From an uncultured Acidobacteriota bacterium (GTDB lineage: Bacteria > Acidobacteriota > Thermoanaerobaculia > UBA5066 > DATFVB01), in the NCBI GenBank assembly GCA_963813155.1, contig CAWEYG010000002.1, positions 288,001 through 352,000 on the forward strand: a stretch of 64,000 bases of DNA. The letters run 5' to 3'. Under the pieces are notes generated by a model. That model was given only the letters and a program-made list of their open reading frames with translations, did not search any database and was not told the origin of the DNA. Positions within the stretch are counted from its first letter, which is position 1. Each line of letters starts with the position of its first letter. A program made the position numbers and the translations under genes. Positions 32,529 to 43,150 of the stretch are shown in pieces.

Positions 32529-32804
32529 GTGAAGAAGCGAAATCGCTGGACGAGCCGGCGACAGATCGAGATCGAAACCAGCATGACGACGATCCCGACG
32601 GACGTCATGTCCGAGAACTCGCACGCCGTTCATTCTCATTCGCATTCGCGGTTGAACCGCGACGAGACCGAAAAGCTCACGAGGCTCCGGCGGCAAGGGC
32701 GGCAGGCGGGTCCCGACTCTCCGCCGCCAACTCCGCCGGCGACTCCGCCAACGGCCTCGGCACCGCCGAAACGCCGAGGCTGGCGACGCTTCTTCGGATC
32801 TTGA
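32529..32804 (+). CDS. Possible small hypothetical protein
   Basis: Fills the intergenic gap; Pro-rich with a basic C-terminus (KRRGWRRFFGS); no recognised family. Confidence 0.3.
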   Translation: MKKRNRWTSRRQIEIETSMTTIPTDVMSENSHAVHSHSHSRLNRDETEKLTRLRRQGRQAGPDSPPPTPPATPPTASAPPKRRGWRRFFGS

Positions 32805-32843
32805 CTCTTTGATAGCCTCGTCGCTCGGAAAGTGGAGGTCGGA

Positions 32844-35800
32844 ATGAATCGACTCGGCGTCTTCCTCACCGCCCTGGCTCTCGCTCTCTTCTCCGTCGCG
32901 CCCGCGCGCGCCGCCTCGAAGCCGGAAAAGCCGGCCGAGCCCGAGCCGCAGAGCGAATCGGGCGACTTTCTCCAGAACTTCAAGGTCCGAAACCTCGGAC
33001 CCACGGTCGGCGGCGGGCGCGTGAGCGCCGTCGCCGGAGTCCCGGGCGACCCGAACGTCTACTACGTCGGCGCGGCCGGGGGCGGCGTCTTCAAGACCGT
33101 GGACGGCGGCAACTCCTGGAAGGCGATCTTCGAGAAGGAGCTGACCGCGTCGATCGGGGCAGTCGCGGTGGCTCCATCGAACCCGAACATCGTCTGGGTC
33201 GGAACGGGCGAGGCGAACATCCGCAACGACGCCCTCCCGGGCCGCGGCATCTATCTCTCCTCCGACGCCGGCCAGTCGTGGAAACGCATGGGTCTCGAAA
33301 ACGCCGGGCAGATCTCGACGATCCTCATCGACCCGAACGACCCCCGAACCGTTTTCGCCGGGGTCTTCGGGCACGAGTGGGCTCCCAATTCCGAGCGCGG
33401 CGTCTTTCGGACGACCGACGGGGGCCTGACCTGGTCGAAGGTTCTCTTCGTCAACGACACGACGGGCGTCTGCGATCTCGTGATGGAGCCGGGGAACCCG
33501 CGCGTCCTGTTCGCCGCGATGTGGCACGCGCACCGTCTCCCGTGGGAGCTCGTCAGCGGCGGAGAGGGCAGCGGCCTCTACCGCTCGACCGACGGCGGAT
33601 CGACGTGGAAGAAATTGACGAAGGGCCTTCCGGAAGGCCCCATCGGCCGGATCGCGGTCGCGCAGGCGCCGGCGAACCCCCGCCACGTGTACGCCCTGTC
33701 GAGGCGAAGAAGGGGATGCTCTGGGAGTCGCTCGACCGCGGCGACGAATGGAAGGAAGTCAGCGACAGCAAGGTCCTGAACGCCCGGCCGTTCTATTTCT
33801 CGCGCCTCTTCGTCTCTTCCGAAGACGAGAGAAGGCTCTACTTCCTGTCCTACGAGCTCGTCCAGTCGGACGACGGCGGCAAGACGGCGCGCGCGATCGA
33901 CAAGGGGGTCCACGTGGATCACCACGCGCTCTGGATCGATCCGACGAACCCGTCGCGCATGATCCAGGGCAACGACGGCGGAGCCTACCTCTCGGCGGAC
34001 AAGGGAAGGAGCTGGCGTTACCTGAACAACCTTCCGATCGAGCAGTTCTACATGGTCGCCGCAGACTCCAGCGTCCCGTACAACCTCTGCGGCGGGCTGC
34101 AGGACAACAACGCCTGGTGCGGCCCCTCGAACAGCCTGAGCCGCGGCGGCATCGCCGGCGCCGACTGGTTCGTCACGGCGGGCGGCGACGGAGAGTACGC
34201 GGTGCCCGCGCCGAGCGATCCCTCCATCGTCTATTCCGATTCGCAGAACGGATTTCTCAATCGCCTCGATCTCAAGACGCACCTGAGCCGCTCGATCCGC
34301 CCTTACCCGCAGAGCGTCGGGGAAATGAAGCCCTCCGACCTGAAATACCGGTTCAACTGGACGTCGCCGATCGCGGTTTCCGCGACCGACGCGAACGAGG
34401 TCTACCTCGGCGGCAACGTCCTGTTCCGGTCCCGGGACGGGGGCGGACACTGGGAAGTGATCAGTCCGGACCTGACTCGAAACGACAAGAGCAAACAGGA
34501 AGTCAGCGGCGGCCCGATCGAGCACGACCTGTCCGGCGCCGAATCGTACGGCACGATCATCTCGATCACGATCGCCGAGTCCGACCCGCGAGTCGTGTGG
34601 GTCGGCAGCGACGACGGGCTCGTCCAGGTCACGCGCGACGGCGGAGCGACCTGGACGAACGCGACGAAGAACGTTCCGAAGGCTCCCGAGTGGGCGCGCG
34701 TCTACCAGGTCGGCGTGTCGCCGTTCGACGCCGGGACGGCCTACGCCTCGTTCGACGCGCACATGCTCGACGACAACCGCCCGTACGCGTTCAAGACGAC
34801 GGACTACGGGAAGACCTGGACGTCCATCTCCGCGGGTCTCCCCGCCGACGCGTCCGTGTACGTCGTCCGCGAAGACCCCAATCTCCGGGGGTTTCTCGCG
34901 GCGGGAACGGACCGGGGAGTGTGGTTCTCGCACGACGCCGGCGCTCACTGGCGGCGCCTGCAGGCCGACCTTCCGACGGTGGCCGTCTTCGACCTGAAGT
35001 TCGTTCGACCGACGCGCGATCTCGTCCTGGCGACCCACGGGCGCGGGATTTTCGTGCTCGACAACATCACTCCTCTCGAAGAGCTCTCTCCCGCCGTCGA
35101 GTCGAGCGCGTTCCACCTCTTCTCGGCGCGGCCGGCGACGCTCTTTCACCACTGGGGCCGCGGCGGATTCGGCAAGGACCCGACGGCTTCGCCGAACCCT
35201 CCCGACGGAGTGGAGATCGACTACTTCCTCAAGTCCGAGATCAAGAGCGAGGATTCGAAGGACGAGAATCCGCGCAACAAGAAGACCCCCGTCAAGATCG
35301 TCGTGACCGACGCGCAGGGAAGGCCCGTCGCGACGAAATACGGGGAATCGAAGCAGGGGTTGAATCGATTCGTCTGGAACATGCGGTACGACGGTCCGAA
35401 GGACCTGACTTTCGAAAAACAGCCGCCCCCGAGCGAATTCTTCGAGCGCGGCGTCGGACCCCACGTCCTTCCCGGTACCTACAAGATCACCGTGACGGTC
35501 AAGGGAGAGTCCCGAAGCACAACGGCGGAGGCACTCGCCGACCCGAGGCTCAAGCTCGACCCCGCGGAATTCCGCGAAGAAGTTCGCGCGGGCCTCGAAG
35601 CGAGAAACGAGCTCTCGGCCCTGAACGACGCCCTGAACCGCACCGACGGCCTTCAAAAACAGTTGAAGTCGATCGAAGGGATGCTCAAGAGCGACGAGAG
35701 CGAACCGAAGCCGGCGAAATACGCGCCCGTCCTCGACGCGGCGACGGCTCTTGAGAAGACGCTCAAGACCTTCAAAGACAGCGTTTACAACTCCGAGAGG

Positions 35801-36079
35801 CAGTCCGACGTCGGTCTCGATTTCGTCCACTACCTGTCGCGTTTTCAGGATGAACTGTCGGGGCTCGAGCGCGAGCTCGTCTCCGCCTACGCCGAGCCTC
35901 CGAACGAGGTCATCAAGGGCGAGATTGCGGCAAGGCGCAAGGATCTCGACGAGGTCCTCGGCCGGTGGGAACGAATTCGCGAGACCGACGTTCCGGCGTT
36001 CAACAAAATCGCCCAGGCGAACGGAGCTCCGACGGTGTTCGCCGGAGAGAAGATCACCGTGGAGGAGCCGAAGCTCTGA
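32844..36079 (+). CDS. Exported VPS10/sortilin-like BNR-repeat protein, frameshifted near 33700
   Basis: RNLGP..GGRV, many S/T-x-D-G-G-x-T/S-W Asp-boxes, GGLQDNN, RFNWTSPI, LATHGRG. Confidence 0.9.
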
Positions 36080-36082
36080 ACC

Positions 36083-36826
36083 TCACCCCTTGAGCTTCGC
36101 GACGAGCTCTCCGATCCGACGCTGCGCCGCGGGCGAAAACCAGAGGTCGATCCACTGCCGGGAGTCTTCCCTCCGCGCCCGCTCCGACCGCTCGACGGCC
36201 GACGCGCGAATCAAACGTTTCGATTCGGCGAAGGCCTCCCGGGGAATGGAAGCGAGTTGCCGGGCCCTTTCGACCGCGCGCCCTTCGAGCTCCGGCTCGG
36301 CGACGACCTCGTCGACGAGCCCGGCCGCGAGGGCCTGCTCGGGCGAGTAGAGAGGCCCCTCGAGGATCGTCCGCTCGAACATTCCGGGAGCGAGCCGCCC
36401 CCGGAAGGTCTCGACCACGAACGCCGGCAGGGCGAGGCCGAGTTGGGTCTCGTTCAGGCCGATTTTGAAGCTCCCCTGCGCCATCACGCGGGCGTCCGAC
36501 TGGAAAGCGAGGACGCAGCCCCCCGCGATCGCGTGGCCGTTGATCGCGGCGACGACCGGGGCCGGAAAGGAGAAGAGCCGCATCATCGATCCGTGGAGCG
36601 CCTCGTAGATCTCCTCGATCCGGGCGCGGTCCAGCGGCGCGAGGAAAGGAAGGTCGAGGCCTCCGGAGAAAAAACTCCTCGCGCCGATGAAGACGAGGGC
36701 CCCGGCATCTTTCGCGTCCGCCATGCCCTTTTCGAGCCCCGCGAAGAATTCCGGGTTCATCGCGTTGGCCTTGCCGTCGTCCATCCGGAGGACGGCGATT
36801 TCGCCTTTTCTCTCGACTCGAATCAT
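36083..36826 (-). CDS. Enoyl-CoA hydratase/isomerase family protein
   Basis: KANAM, FSGGLDL, VAAINGHAIAGG, IGLNE, GLVDEVV. Confidence 0.92.
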   Translation of the reverse strand: MIRVERKGEIAVLRMDDGKANAMNPEFFAGLEKGMADAKDAGALVFIGARSFFSGGLDLPFLAPLDRARIEEIYEALHGSMMRLFSFPAPVVAAINGHAIAGGCVLAFQSDARVMAQGSFKIGLNETQLGLALPAFVVETFRGRLAPGMFERTILEGPLYSPEQALAAGLVDEVVAEPELEGRAVERARQLASIPREAFAESKRLIRASAVERSERARREDSRQWIDLWFSPAAQRRIGELVAKLKG

Positions 36827-36891
36827 GGCCGGATCATACTGGCGAGTCCGTTGGCGCGCATCGTGCAAAATGCTCTCAAAAGGAGGCCGCG

Positions 36892-37611
36892 ATGAATCCA
36901 CCCCTGTCCCGACGGTCGATGCTCACACGGTCGTTGATGCTCGGAGTCGCCGCCGCGGCACCCGGACTGGCCCGATCGGCGACGGGTCCGAAGAAGAACG
37001 ACGAACCGGAGGTCACGGCGACCGAAGACCTGATGCGCGAGCACGGAATTCTGCGCCGGATCCTCCTGGCCTATCGCGAGACGGCGGCAGGGCTCCGGCG
37101 GGGAGGGTCGCGGGTCGATCCCGCGGCGCTGCGCGACGCCGCGACGCTCTTTCGGACTTTTGGCGAGGAATACCACGAGAAGCTGCTCGAGGAACAAAAC
37201 ATCTTTCCCGTCGTTCGCAAGCGCGGCGGAGAGGCCGCGCGCCTCGTCGACGTCCTGCTCGCGCAGCACCAGCGGGGGCGCGAGATCACCGATTTCATCC
37301 TCTTGAAGGTTCGCGCCGGAAAAATCGGCGCCTCGGCGCCGATTCTCGCCGCGACGCTCGACGCCTTCGACCGCATGTACGAGAATCACGCCGCGCGCGA
37401 GGACACGATCGTCTTCCCGGAATGGAAGCGCGCGTTCTCGCCGAAAGCGCTCGACGAAAAGGCGGACGAGTTCGAGGACATCGAGCGGCGGATGTTCGGC
37501 AAGGACGGCTTTGACGACGCCGAGAAAAAAATCTCCCGAATCGAAGGCATCCTCGGGCTCTCCGATCTCGCGCAATTCACCGCCCCGGCGCCGCCGCGAA
37601 CGGCCACCTAG
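36892..37611 (+). CDS. Hemerythrin (HHE) domain protein with a Tat signal
   Basis: SRRSML twin-arginine signal; LMREH, YHEKLLEE..FP, QHQRGR, HAARED..FP. Confidence 0.85.
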   Translation: MNPPLSRRSMLTRSLMLGVAAAAPGLARSATGPKKNDEPEVTATEDLMREHGILRRILLAYRETAAGLRRGGSRVDPAALRDAATLFRTFGEEYHEKLLEEQNIFPVVRKRGGEAARLVDVLLAQHQRGREITDFILLKVRAGKIGASAPILAATLDAFDRMYENHAAREDTIVFPEWKRAFSPKALDEKADEFEDIERRMFGKDGFDDAEKKISRIEGILGLSDLAQFTAPAPPRTAT

Positions 37612-37627
37612 GCCGCGCGGGAATCGA

Positions 37628-38851
37628 TCAGCCGTGCGTGTGGCCGGCGTGTCCTTCGCCGTGCGACCCGAACCGCACCCGCAGGAACCCGTGGACCGAG
37701 ACCGGATGCGCGCCGTACACGGAGTCGAGCTTCGAAGAGAACCGGTAAACGGTCGCATCGGCGCCCAGCCCCGTCTCGAGACCGGAGAGCCAGTCGATAT
37801 CCCGGACGAATCCCAGCGTCGCGGCCTGCACGGACGTGCGCCGGGGCGCCACGTCGTCGGGACGCTGGACTTTGTTCCGCAGCTCGTACAGGTCGCGGTC
37901 GACCGATTCGGCCCTTCCGTAGAGAAAGTTCTTTTCGCCGAACTTCCAGGTGAGCTCGAAGAGGTTTCCCCACTCCGGCCCGGTCGGGGTCTGGTTCTTT
38001 CCGGCGCCGAGAGTCGCCGCGACGAAACCGCCCGAGGTCGAAACCTGATATTGAATCGACCCGGTCGTGCGCGTCTGGTTTCCGCTCTCGAGTTTTTCCG
38101 GATGCTCGAGGTGGCCCGAAGAAAACTGAACCGACAGCTCCGGCGTCGGACGGATCCACAATCGCCCCGAATACGAGTCGATTCTTCCCTGCTCGATGTC
38201 CCATCGGTTTTCGTCCGGCTCGCGGCCGTGGAACGCCGAGGCTTCGAGCGTGAAGATCGAAGGGTTCCACGACACGGACACGACGTCCGCCGCGATGTGG
38301 GTCGAATCCTGGTTGTGGTGGGACAGGGGCGCCGTCGGGTTTTCGGACGCCGAAAGCCGGTGGGGGTAGGCTTCCGGCCCGAGCGCCGGCTCCCCGATCG
38401 GCGCGACATAAAGCCGAATTTTTCCGGCGGCGCCGAGCTCTTTCGCCCATGCGGCCGCGAGCTGAACGAAGAGGTCGTGGGGGTGCTGGCGGTCGACGAG
38501 CAGAGTGTTGTGGTACGTCTCGCCCCGTTGAAACAGCTCGCTCGAACCCCGGGCCGGGATCGTCGCGGGCTCCAGCGTGAAGGTTCCCAGAAGAGAAAGC
38601 TCCCCGCCCGCCCAGGCGCGGCTCGCGACGAACATGAAATGGTTCTGCGACTCGAACTCCCGGCCGCCGGAAGGGCCGCCCTGCCGGTTGCCGTTCAGGA
38701 ATGCGTAGCCGTGCATCATCGTCGCCCAGTGATCCGTCGGGGACGAAGATTCCATTGCCCCCATCGAGCTCATGTCGTGAGGAGCTTCCTGCGCGGCCGC
38801 GAAACCCGCCCCGAGCAGGCACGTTGCAATTACCGCGGATGAGATCCTCAT
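37628..38851 (-). CDS. Exported His/Met-rich protein, putative outer-membrane beta-barrel
   Basis: Signal peptide, HDMSSM, DRQHPHD, HHNQDSTH, C-terminal HGEGHAGHTHG; amphipathic beta strands. Confidence 0.7.
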   Translation of the reverse strand: MRISSAVIATCLLGAGFAAAQEAPHDMSSMGAMESSSPTDHWATMMHGYAFLNGNRQGGPSGGREFESQNHFMFVASRAWAGGELSLLGTFTLEPATIPARGSSELFQRGETYHNTLLVDRQHPHDLFVQLAAAWAKELGAAGKIRLYVAPIGEPALGPEAYPHRLSASENPTAPLSHHNQDSTHIAADVVSVSWNPSIFTLEASAFHGREPDENRWDIEQGRIDSYSGRLWIRPTPELSVQFSSGHLEHPEKLESGNQTRTTGSIQYQVSTSGGFVAATLGAGKNQTPTGPEWGNLFELTWKFGEKNFLYGRAESVDRDLYELRNKVQRPDDVAPRRTSVQAATLGFVRDIDWLSGLETGLGADATVYRFSSKLDSVYGAHPVSVHGFLRVRFGSHGEGHAGHTHG

Positions 38852-39383
38852 TCGGCCGGCATCTTAACGACTCCCGCCCTTCCAAGATCGCGCCGAGGCC
38901 ACCGCGACCGGGCCGTCGCGCGGCCCGGCGCCGCTTCCGGCCCGGGCAAACGGCGGGCGACCAGCGCCTCCAGCAGACCGGCGCGCTTGCCCTCTCCGGC
39001 CTTCGCGAGCCTCCGGTCCCAGTCGGCGATGACGCTCTCCAGGTCCGAGCGCAACGAGGAGAGCGCGCGGATCTCGCCGCGCAAGCATTCGAGCTTCTCG
39101 CCGGCCAGCCGGCGAACATCCCGGCACGGAGCGCCGCCCGAATCGCGCACGCGCAGAATGGACGCGAGCTCGGACACGGAAAACCCGATCGAGAACGCCA
39201 CCCGAATGAGCCGCACGCGCGATATCGGCCTCGGGGGAATACCGGCGGTATCCGTTCGCTCCGCGGCGCGGAACCGGAAGCAGGCCCCGGCGCTCATAAA
39301 AGCGAAGTGAATCCTTGCTGATCCCGGCCAGCTGCGCGAGCTGCGCCGGCTCGCAGGAAGACCTTCTCCGGCTCCGATGTCAT
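38848..39383 (-). CDS. MerR-family transcriptional regulator, frameshifted
   Basis: Reconstructed LAQLAGISKDSLRFYERRGLLP..RGANGYRRY, then RVRLIR...GFSVSEL...APCRDV. Confidence 0.85.
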
Positions 39384-39425
39384 TCCAGCTCTGAAACCCC
39401 GTTCACGGCCTTCAGATTCCCCAAT

Positions 39426-39968
39426 TCATCGTGCGCCCTCGATTGCCGTCGGATCTCCCGTCTCGTGATCGGCGATCTGGAACCGAAGAAAGTCGTGAAT
39501 CGCGTCGAGCGCGTCGGCATCGCGGGTCGAAAGACGGACCCGGGCGCCGCCCGCGATCTCCTCGTAACGATATTCGATCGCGTTCTGGTGCCGCTTCATC
39601 GTCGAGACTCCCGGAGGAACGGTGTCGTGAACGAACATCGGAATGGCGAAGTCTCCTTCGGCGAAAGCCTTCGCGATGTGCGTCAGATGCATCCGGATCT
39701 GATCCCGGCTCCCGGCGTCGGACGGATCTTTCGCGGTGACTTCGATCGATCCGCCCTCCGCGGACAGCCGAAAATGATGCGTCGTCTTTTCGTGCGAGAA
39801 CCCCATCCCCTGGTCTCCCCGGGTCTGAACTCCCTTCGAGTGTTCGTGCGTCTTCACGTCTCCGCTCTTGTTCATCATCGGACAATCGGTCATGTCTCCG
39901 CCGAAGGCGCCGAGTGCGATTCCGAGCACGACTCCCGCGATCGCCGGAACCTGGAATTTGTTTTTCAT
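39426..39968 (-). CDS. Exported hypothetical protein, His/Met-containing, putative metal binding
   Basis: Signal peptide, CPMM, HEH, GMGFSHEKTTHHF, HDFLRFQIADH. Confidence 0.75.
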   Translation of the reverse strand: MKNKFQVPAIAGVVLGIALGAFGGDMTDCPMMNKSGDVKTHEHSKGVQTRGDQGMGFSHEKTTHHFRLSAEGGSIEVTAKDPSDAGSRDQIRMHLTHIAKAFAEGDFAIPMFVHDTVPPGVSTMKRHQNAIEYRYEEIAGGARVRLSTRDADALDAIHDFLRFQIADHETGDPTAIEGAR

Positions 39969-40031
39969 GATGCATCTCCCCGTCGTCGACGCTTCCGCGA
40001 AATTGCGGAGAAGCGGAACGACGCGAGCGGG

Positions 40032-40063
40032 AATGTACAGGGTGGAACGGGTTCCGCAGTCAA
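40032..40063 (-). promoter_or_regulatory. MerR-type promoter with an elongated 20-bp spacer and central dyad
   Basis: TTGACT-GCGGAACCCGTTCCACCCTG-TACATT; dyad GGAAC-CC-GTTCC lies in the spacer. Confidence 0.8.
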
Positions 40064-40079
40064 GGGCTACAATTCACCC

Positions 40080-40391
40080 ATGCCGAACGACCGTCTCGAA
40101 CAGCTCGAAAAACTCCGACAGGCCGATCCCTCCAACACGCTGACGCTGTACATGATCGTCAACGAGCTCTACAAGAGCGAGCGCTGGGAGGAGGTCGTGA
40201 ACGCGGCCCGCGACTACCTTTCGAAGGCGAGCGACGAGGGCTCGGCCTACCGGCTCCTCGCCCACTCGCTCGACCGTCTCGGCCGTCGGGCCGAAGCGAA
40301 GGCGGCTTTCCTCGAGGGAGCGGCCGTCGCGGAATCGCATCGCCACACCGGAATGGCCGATGAATTCCGCGAGGCTGCCGCCTCGCTCTGA
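40080..40391 (+). CDS. Small TPR-like protein
   Basis: MPNDRLEQL...DPSNTLTLYMIVNELY...AYRLLAHSLDRLGRRAEAKAAF. Confidence 0.8.
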   Translation: MPNDRLEQLEKLRQADPSNTLTLYMIVNELYKSERWEEVVNAARDYLSKASDEGSAYRLLAHSLDRLGRRAEAKAAFLEGAAVAESHRHTGMADEFREAAASL

Positions 40392-40453
40392 AGGATTTCC
40401 GCTCCCCGTTTGAGCACGATTTTTGCGTCTCAAGAACGGCGAAAGGAGCGACG

Positions 40454-40654
40454 ATGCCGAGAAAAAGCTCGAGCGGGAGAAAGTACGGCCGCGTAGCCTC
40501 GAAGAAGGTCGAAAGGGCGATGCACGAACGGAAACAGGGAAAGCTTCGATCCGGCGGCTCCGGCAAGAAAGTGACGAGCCGAAAGCAGGCGATCGCGATC
40601 GGCCTTTCGGAAGCCCGGCGCGCGGGCGCAAAGGTCCCGAGCAAGAAAAGGTGA
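40454..40654 (+). CDS. Small basic protein (DUF6496-like)
   Basis: KKVERAMHERKQGKLRSG.SGKKVTSRKQAIAIGLSEAR; AAGGAG RBS. Confidence 0.85.
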   Translation: MPRKSSSGRKYGRVASKKVERAMHERKQGKLRSGGSGKKVTSRKQAIAIGLSEARRAGAKVPSKKR

Positions 40655-40719
40655 CTCTTCCCGGGTGAGAAGGCCCCTGTTCCATTAGACTCGCGCACCG
40701 GCCGAGGCCGAATGGAACG

Positions 40720-41532
40720 ATGAACCTCTCTCGATTGCCCGCGCCCCTGATCGACTTCGCGCGGTTCGCCCGAACCGCGGCGCTCCGGGCCTGCGGGCCC
40801 GTGGAGCGGTGTTTCCGCGAGAAAGGGCTGCCCCCCCTGTGGCTTCGCCGGCACACCGGGCCCGTCGCGAATTTCTCGCGAAGCGCCCGGGACACGGCGG
40901 ACCTGATCTCGCGGCTCTCGCTTCTCGCGCCCGGCGCCGTCGTCCTCGACGCCGGATGCGGGGCGGGCGCGGCTGCCCTCGAGCTCCAGAAAGCGCTCGG
41001 AGGCGGGGGAAAATACATCGGTTTCGACGTGCACGCGCCGTCGATCCGCTGGTGCCGAAAGCGATTCCGCGGCGACCCGCGCTTTCGGTTCGAAATCGCC
41101 GAGGTTCGCACTCCGTTCAGCCGCAGGTCCTCCGGAAGCGCCCGAGAGCTCCGCTTTCCGGCCCCCGACGAAACCTGCGATCTCGTCCTCGCGAAATCGC
41201 TGTTCACCCATCTGCTCGCGCCGGAAGCCGCCGCCTATCTTCGGGAGATCGAGCGCGTTCTCGCCCCGGGCGGCCGAGCGCTCGTCACGGCGTTCCTGTT
41301 CGACCCGGCGGGCGACGTTCCCGCGTTTCCGTTTTCAAGCGGGGAGGGCTCGCAGAAGTGGAAAATCCGGAGCCGTCCCCACGCGGCAGTCGCCTTCTCC
41401 CGGCCCTTCTTCGAGACGATGATCTCGCAGGCCGGCCTTCGAGTGGAAAGAAGCATCGAAGGCTTCTACCCGGGAACCTCCGCGGTTCCCGTCGGCCAGG
41501 ACATGCTCGTGCTCGCGGGCGAAGCTTCCTAG
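40720..41532 (+). CDS. Class I SAM-dependent methyltransferase
   Basis: VLDAGCGAG, SLFTHL, RVLAPGG. Confidence 0.88.
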   Translation: MNLSRLPAPLIDFARFARTAALRACGPVERCFREKGLPPLWLRRHTGPVANFSRSARDTADLISRLSLLAPGAVVLDAGCGAGAAALELQKALGGGGKYIGFDVHAPSIRWCRKRFRGDPRFRFEIAEVRTPFSRRSSGSARELRFPAPDETCDLVLAKSLFTHLLAPEAAAYLREIERVLAPGGRALVTAFLFDPAGDVPAFPFSSGEGSQKWKIRSRPHAAVAFSRPFFETMISQAGLRVERSIEGFYPGTSAVPVGQDMLVLAGEAS

Positions 41533-41540
41533 CGTGCCGT

Positions 41541-42131
41541 TCAAAGAAGCTTTCCATCGCCCGGAGTGTCGATGTCGAGCGCACCCGCCGGAAAGTCGAT
41601 CGCCGCCACGGGGATGCCCGCCGACCGAAGGAGAGCACGCGCCCCCTCGTCGCCCGTCAGCGCTTCGAGCCGTTCGAAGAGGGAGTGGGAAAAAATCGCG
41701 GGAGGACCGAGAACGCCCTCGTAGCGGCACGCCGCGGCGGGTTCCGGCCCGCGGGCATATCGGCCCGCGAGCGAGCGGAGCAATCCCTCGTCGACGAGCG
41801 GCTGGTCGGCGAGAAAGATCAATACCGCTTCGGCCCGCGGAGCCGCGGACCGGACTCGGGCAAGGCCCGCGCGGATCGACGACGACATCCCTTCGCTCCA
41901 TCGGGGATTGACGACGACCTCGGCCCCCGACCCCTCGAGCTCCGGCAGGATCGCCTCGAAAGACGACCCGAGGACGACGACGCCCGGCCGGAAGCCCGAC
42001 GCGAGAGCGGTGTCCGCGGCACGTCGAACGAGCGACTTTCCCTCGATTCGGCGCAGCTGCTTGGGCGACCCATGGCGGCGGGACTCGCCCGCCGCGAGCA
42101 CGATCGACGCGATTTCGACGTCGCTCGCCAT
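41541..42131 (-). CDS. MocA/MobA-like nucleotidyltransferase
   Basis: VLAAGESRRHGSPKQL, GMSSSI, LADQP, GDEGAR, DIDTP. Confidence 0.9.
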   Translation of the reverse strand: MASDVEIASIVLAAGESRRHGSPKQLRRIEGKSLVRRAADTALASGFRPGVVVLGSSFEAILPELEGSGAEVVVNPRWSEGMSSSIRAGLARVRSAAPRAEAVLIFLADQPLVDEGLLRSLAGRYARGPEPAAACRYEGVLGPPAIFSHSLFERLEALTGDEGARALLRSAGIPVAAIDFPAGALDIDTPGDGKLL

Positions 42132-42220
42132 GCGAGGAGTCTGCCACAGAGAGCCGGGAGCGAGCCCGATCCCGCGGATCGGCGGAAACCTTCGGCGCCG
42201 GCCCGCGTAACAGGACAGAC

Positions 42221-43141
42221 ATGGAGAAGTGGCCCCCGGGCTTCGAATATCGGCGCGTTTTCGAAAGCGCGGCCGTAGGGATCTCCCGCTGGCGCTGCCA
42301 GGGCGCGCCTCCCCGGCTCGGCGCGGAGCGCTCCCAGCCGAGCGCAATGATCGTATTCATGCACAAGGGAAATTTCCGGGTCCATTCCTCCGCCGGGATC
42401 GGGCTCCTCGACTGCACGCGCGTGGGATTCTTCAACCCCCGCGTTCCCTTCCAGTCCGCACACCCGTTTGGCGTGCGCGATTCCGGGTGCGATCTCGCGG
42501 TGCGTCCCGACGTGCTCGCGGAGATCCTCGCGAGGTACGACCCCTCGGCGGCGGATCGGCCGGAGCTCCCGTTCCGCTTCGGGTCCGGACCCTGCGAGCC
42601 CCGGACTTTCCTGCTGCACCGGATCCTCGTTCGCAAGGTCGCGCTCGGAGAGCCGATCGACGACCTGGAGATCGAGGAGATTGCGCTGCATCTCGCCGAC
42701 CGCGTCGCCCGGGCCGCGTTCGAGGATTGGGAAGTGAAGGCGGCGCCGCGCGCGACCGCCCGCGAGCGCGACGAGGCGGAGGAGCTGCGCGGAATCCTCT
42801 CGAGCCAACCGGGCCATCGCCATGCCCTCGACGGCCTCTCCCGCCGCCTCGAGTCGACTCCATTCCGGCTCTGCCGCTCGTTTCGGGCCGCCACCGGTAC
42901 GACGATCCATCGATACCTGACCCATCTGCGGCTCCAGCAAGCGCTCGGACGCCTCGCGGACGGCGCCCCCGACCTCACGAGCCTCGCCTTCGACCTCGGC
43001 TTTTCCAGTCACAGCCACTTCACCTCGGTCTTTCGGAAGCACCTGGGCATGTCTCCCGACGAGGTTCGGCGCGCGTCGAGGGGACGGGACCTCCCCTCCC
43101 TGGGGTCCCGCTTCGCTCCGACAGCCGCCGCGAGAAACTGA
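42221..43141 (+). CDS. AraC-family transcriptional regulator
   Basis: C-terminal double HTH: FRLCRSFRAATG...LAFDLGFSSHSHFTSVFRKHLGMSP. Confidence 0.93.
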   Translation: MEKWPPGFEYRRVFESAAVGISRWRCQGAPPRLGAERSQPSAMIVFMHKGNFRVHSSAGIGLLDCTRVGFFNPRVPFQSAHPFGVRDSGCDLAVRPDVLAEILARYDPSAADRPELPFRFGSGPCEPRTFLLHRILVRKVALGEPIDDLEIEEIALHLADRVARAAFEDWEVKAAPRATARERDEAEELRGILSSQPGHRHALDGLSRRLESTPFRLCRSFRAATGTTIHRYLTHLRLQQALGRLADGAPDLTSLAFDLGFSSHSHFTSVFRKHLGMSPDEVRRASRGRDLPSLGSRFAPTAAARN

Positions 43142-43150
43142 ACGGCAAAG

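Noticed and set aside
41541-42131. MocA-like and MoaD-like genes as a molybdenum cofactor cluster
   Set aside because: They are 21 kb apart, with no other Moco genes or molybdoenzyme in the window.
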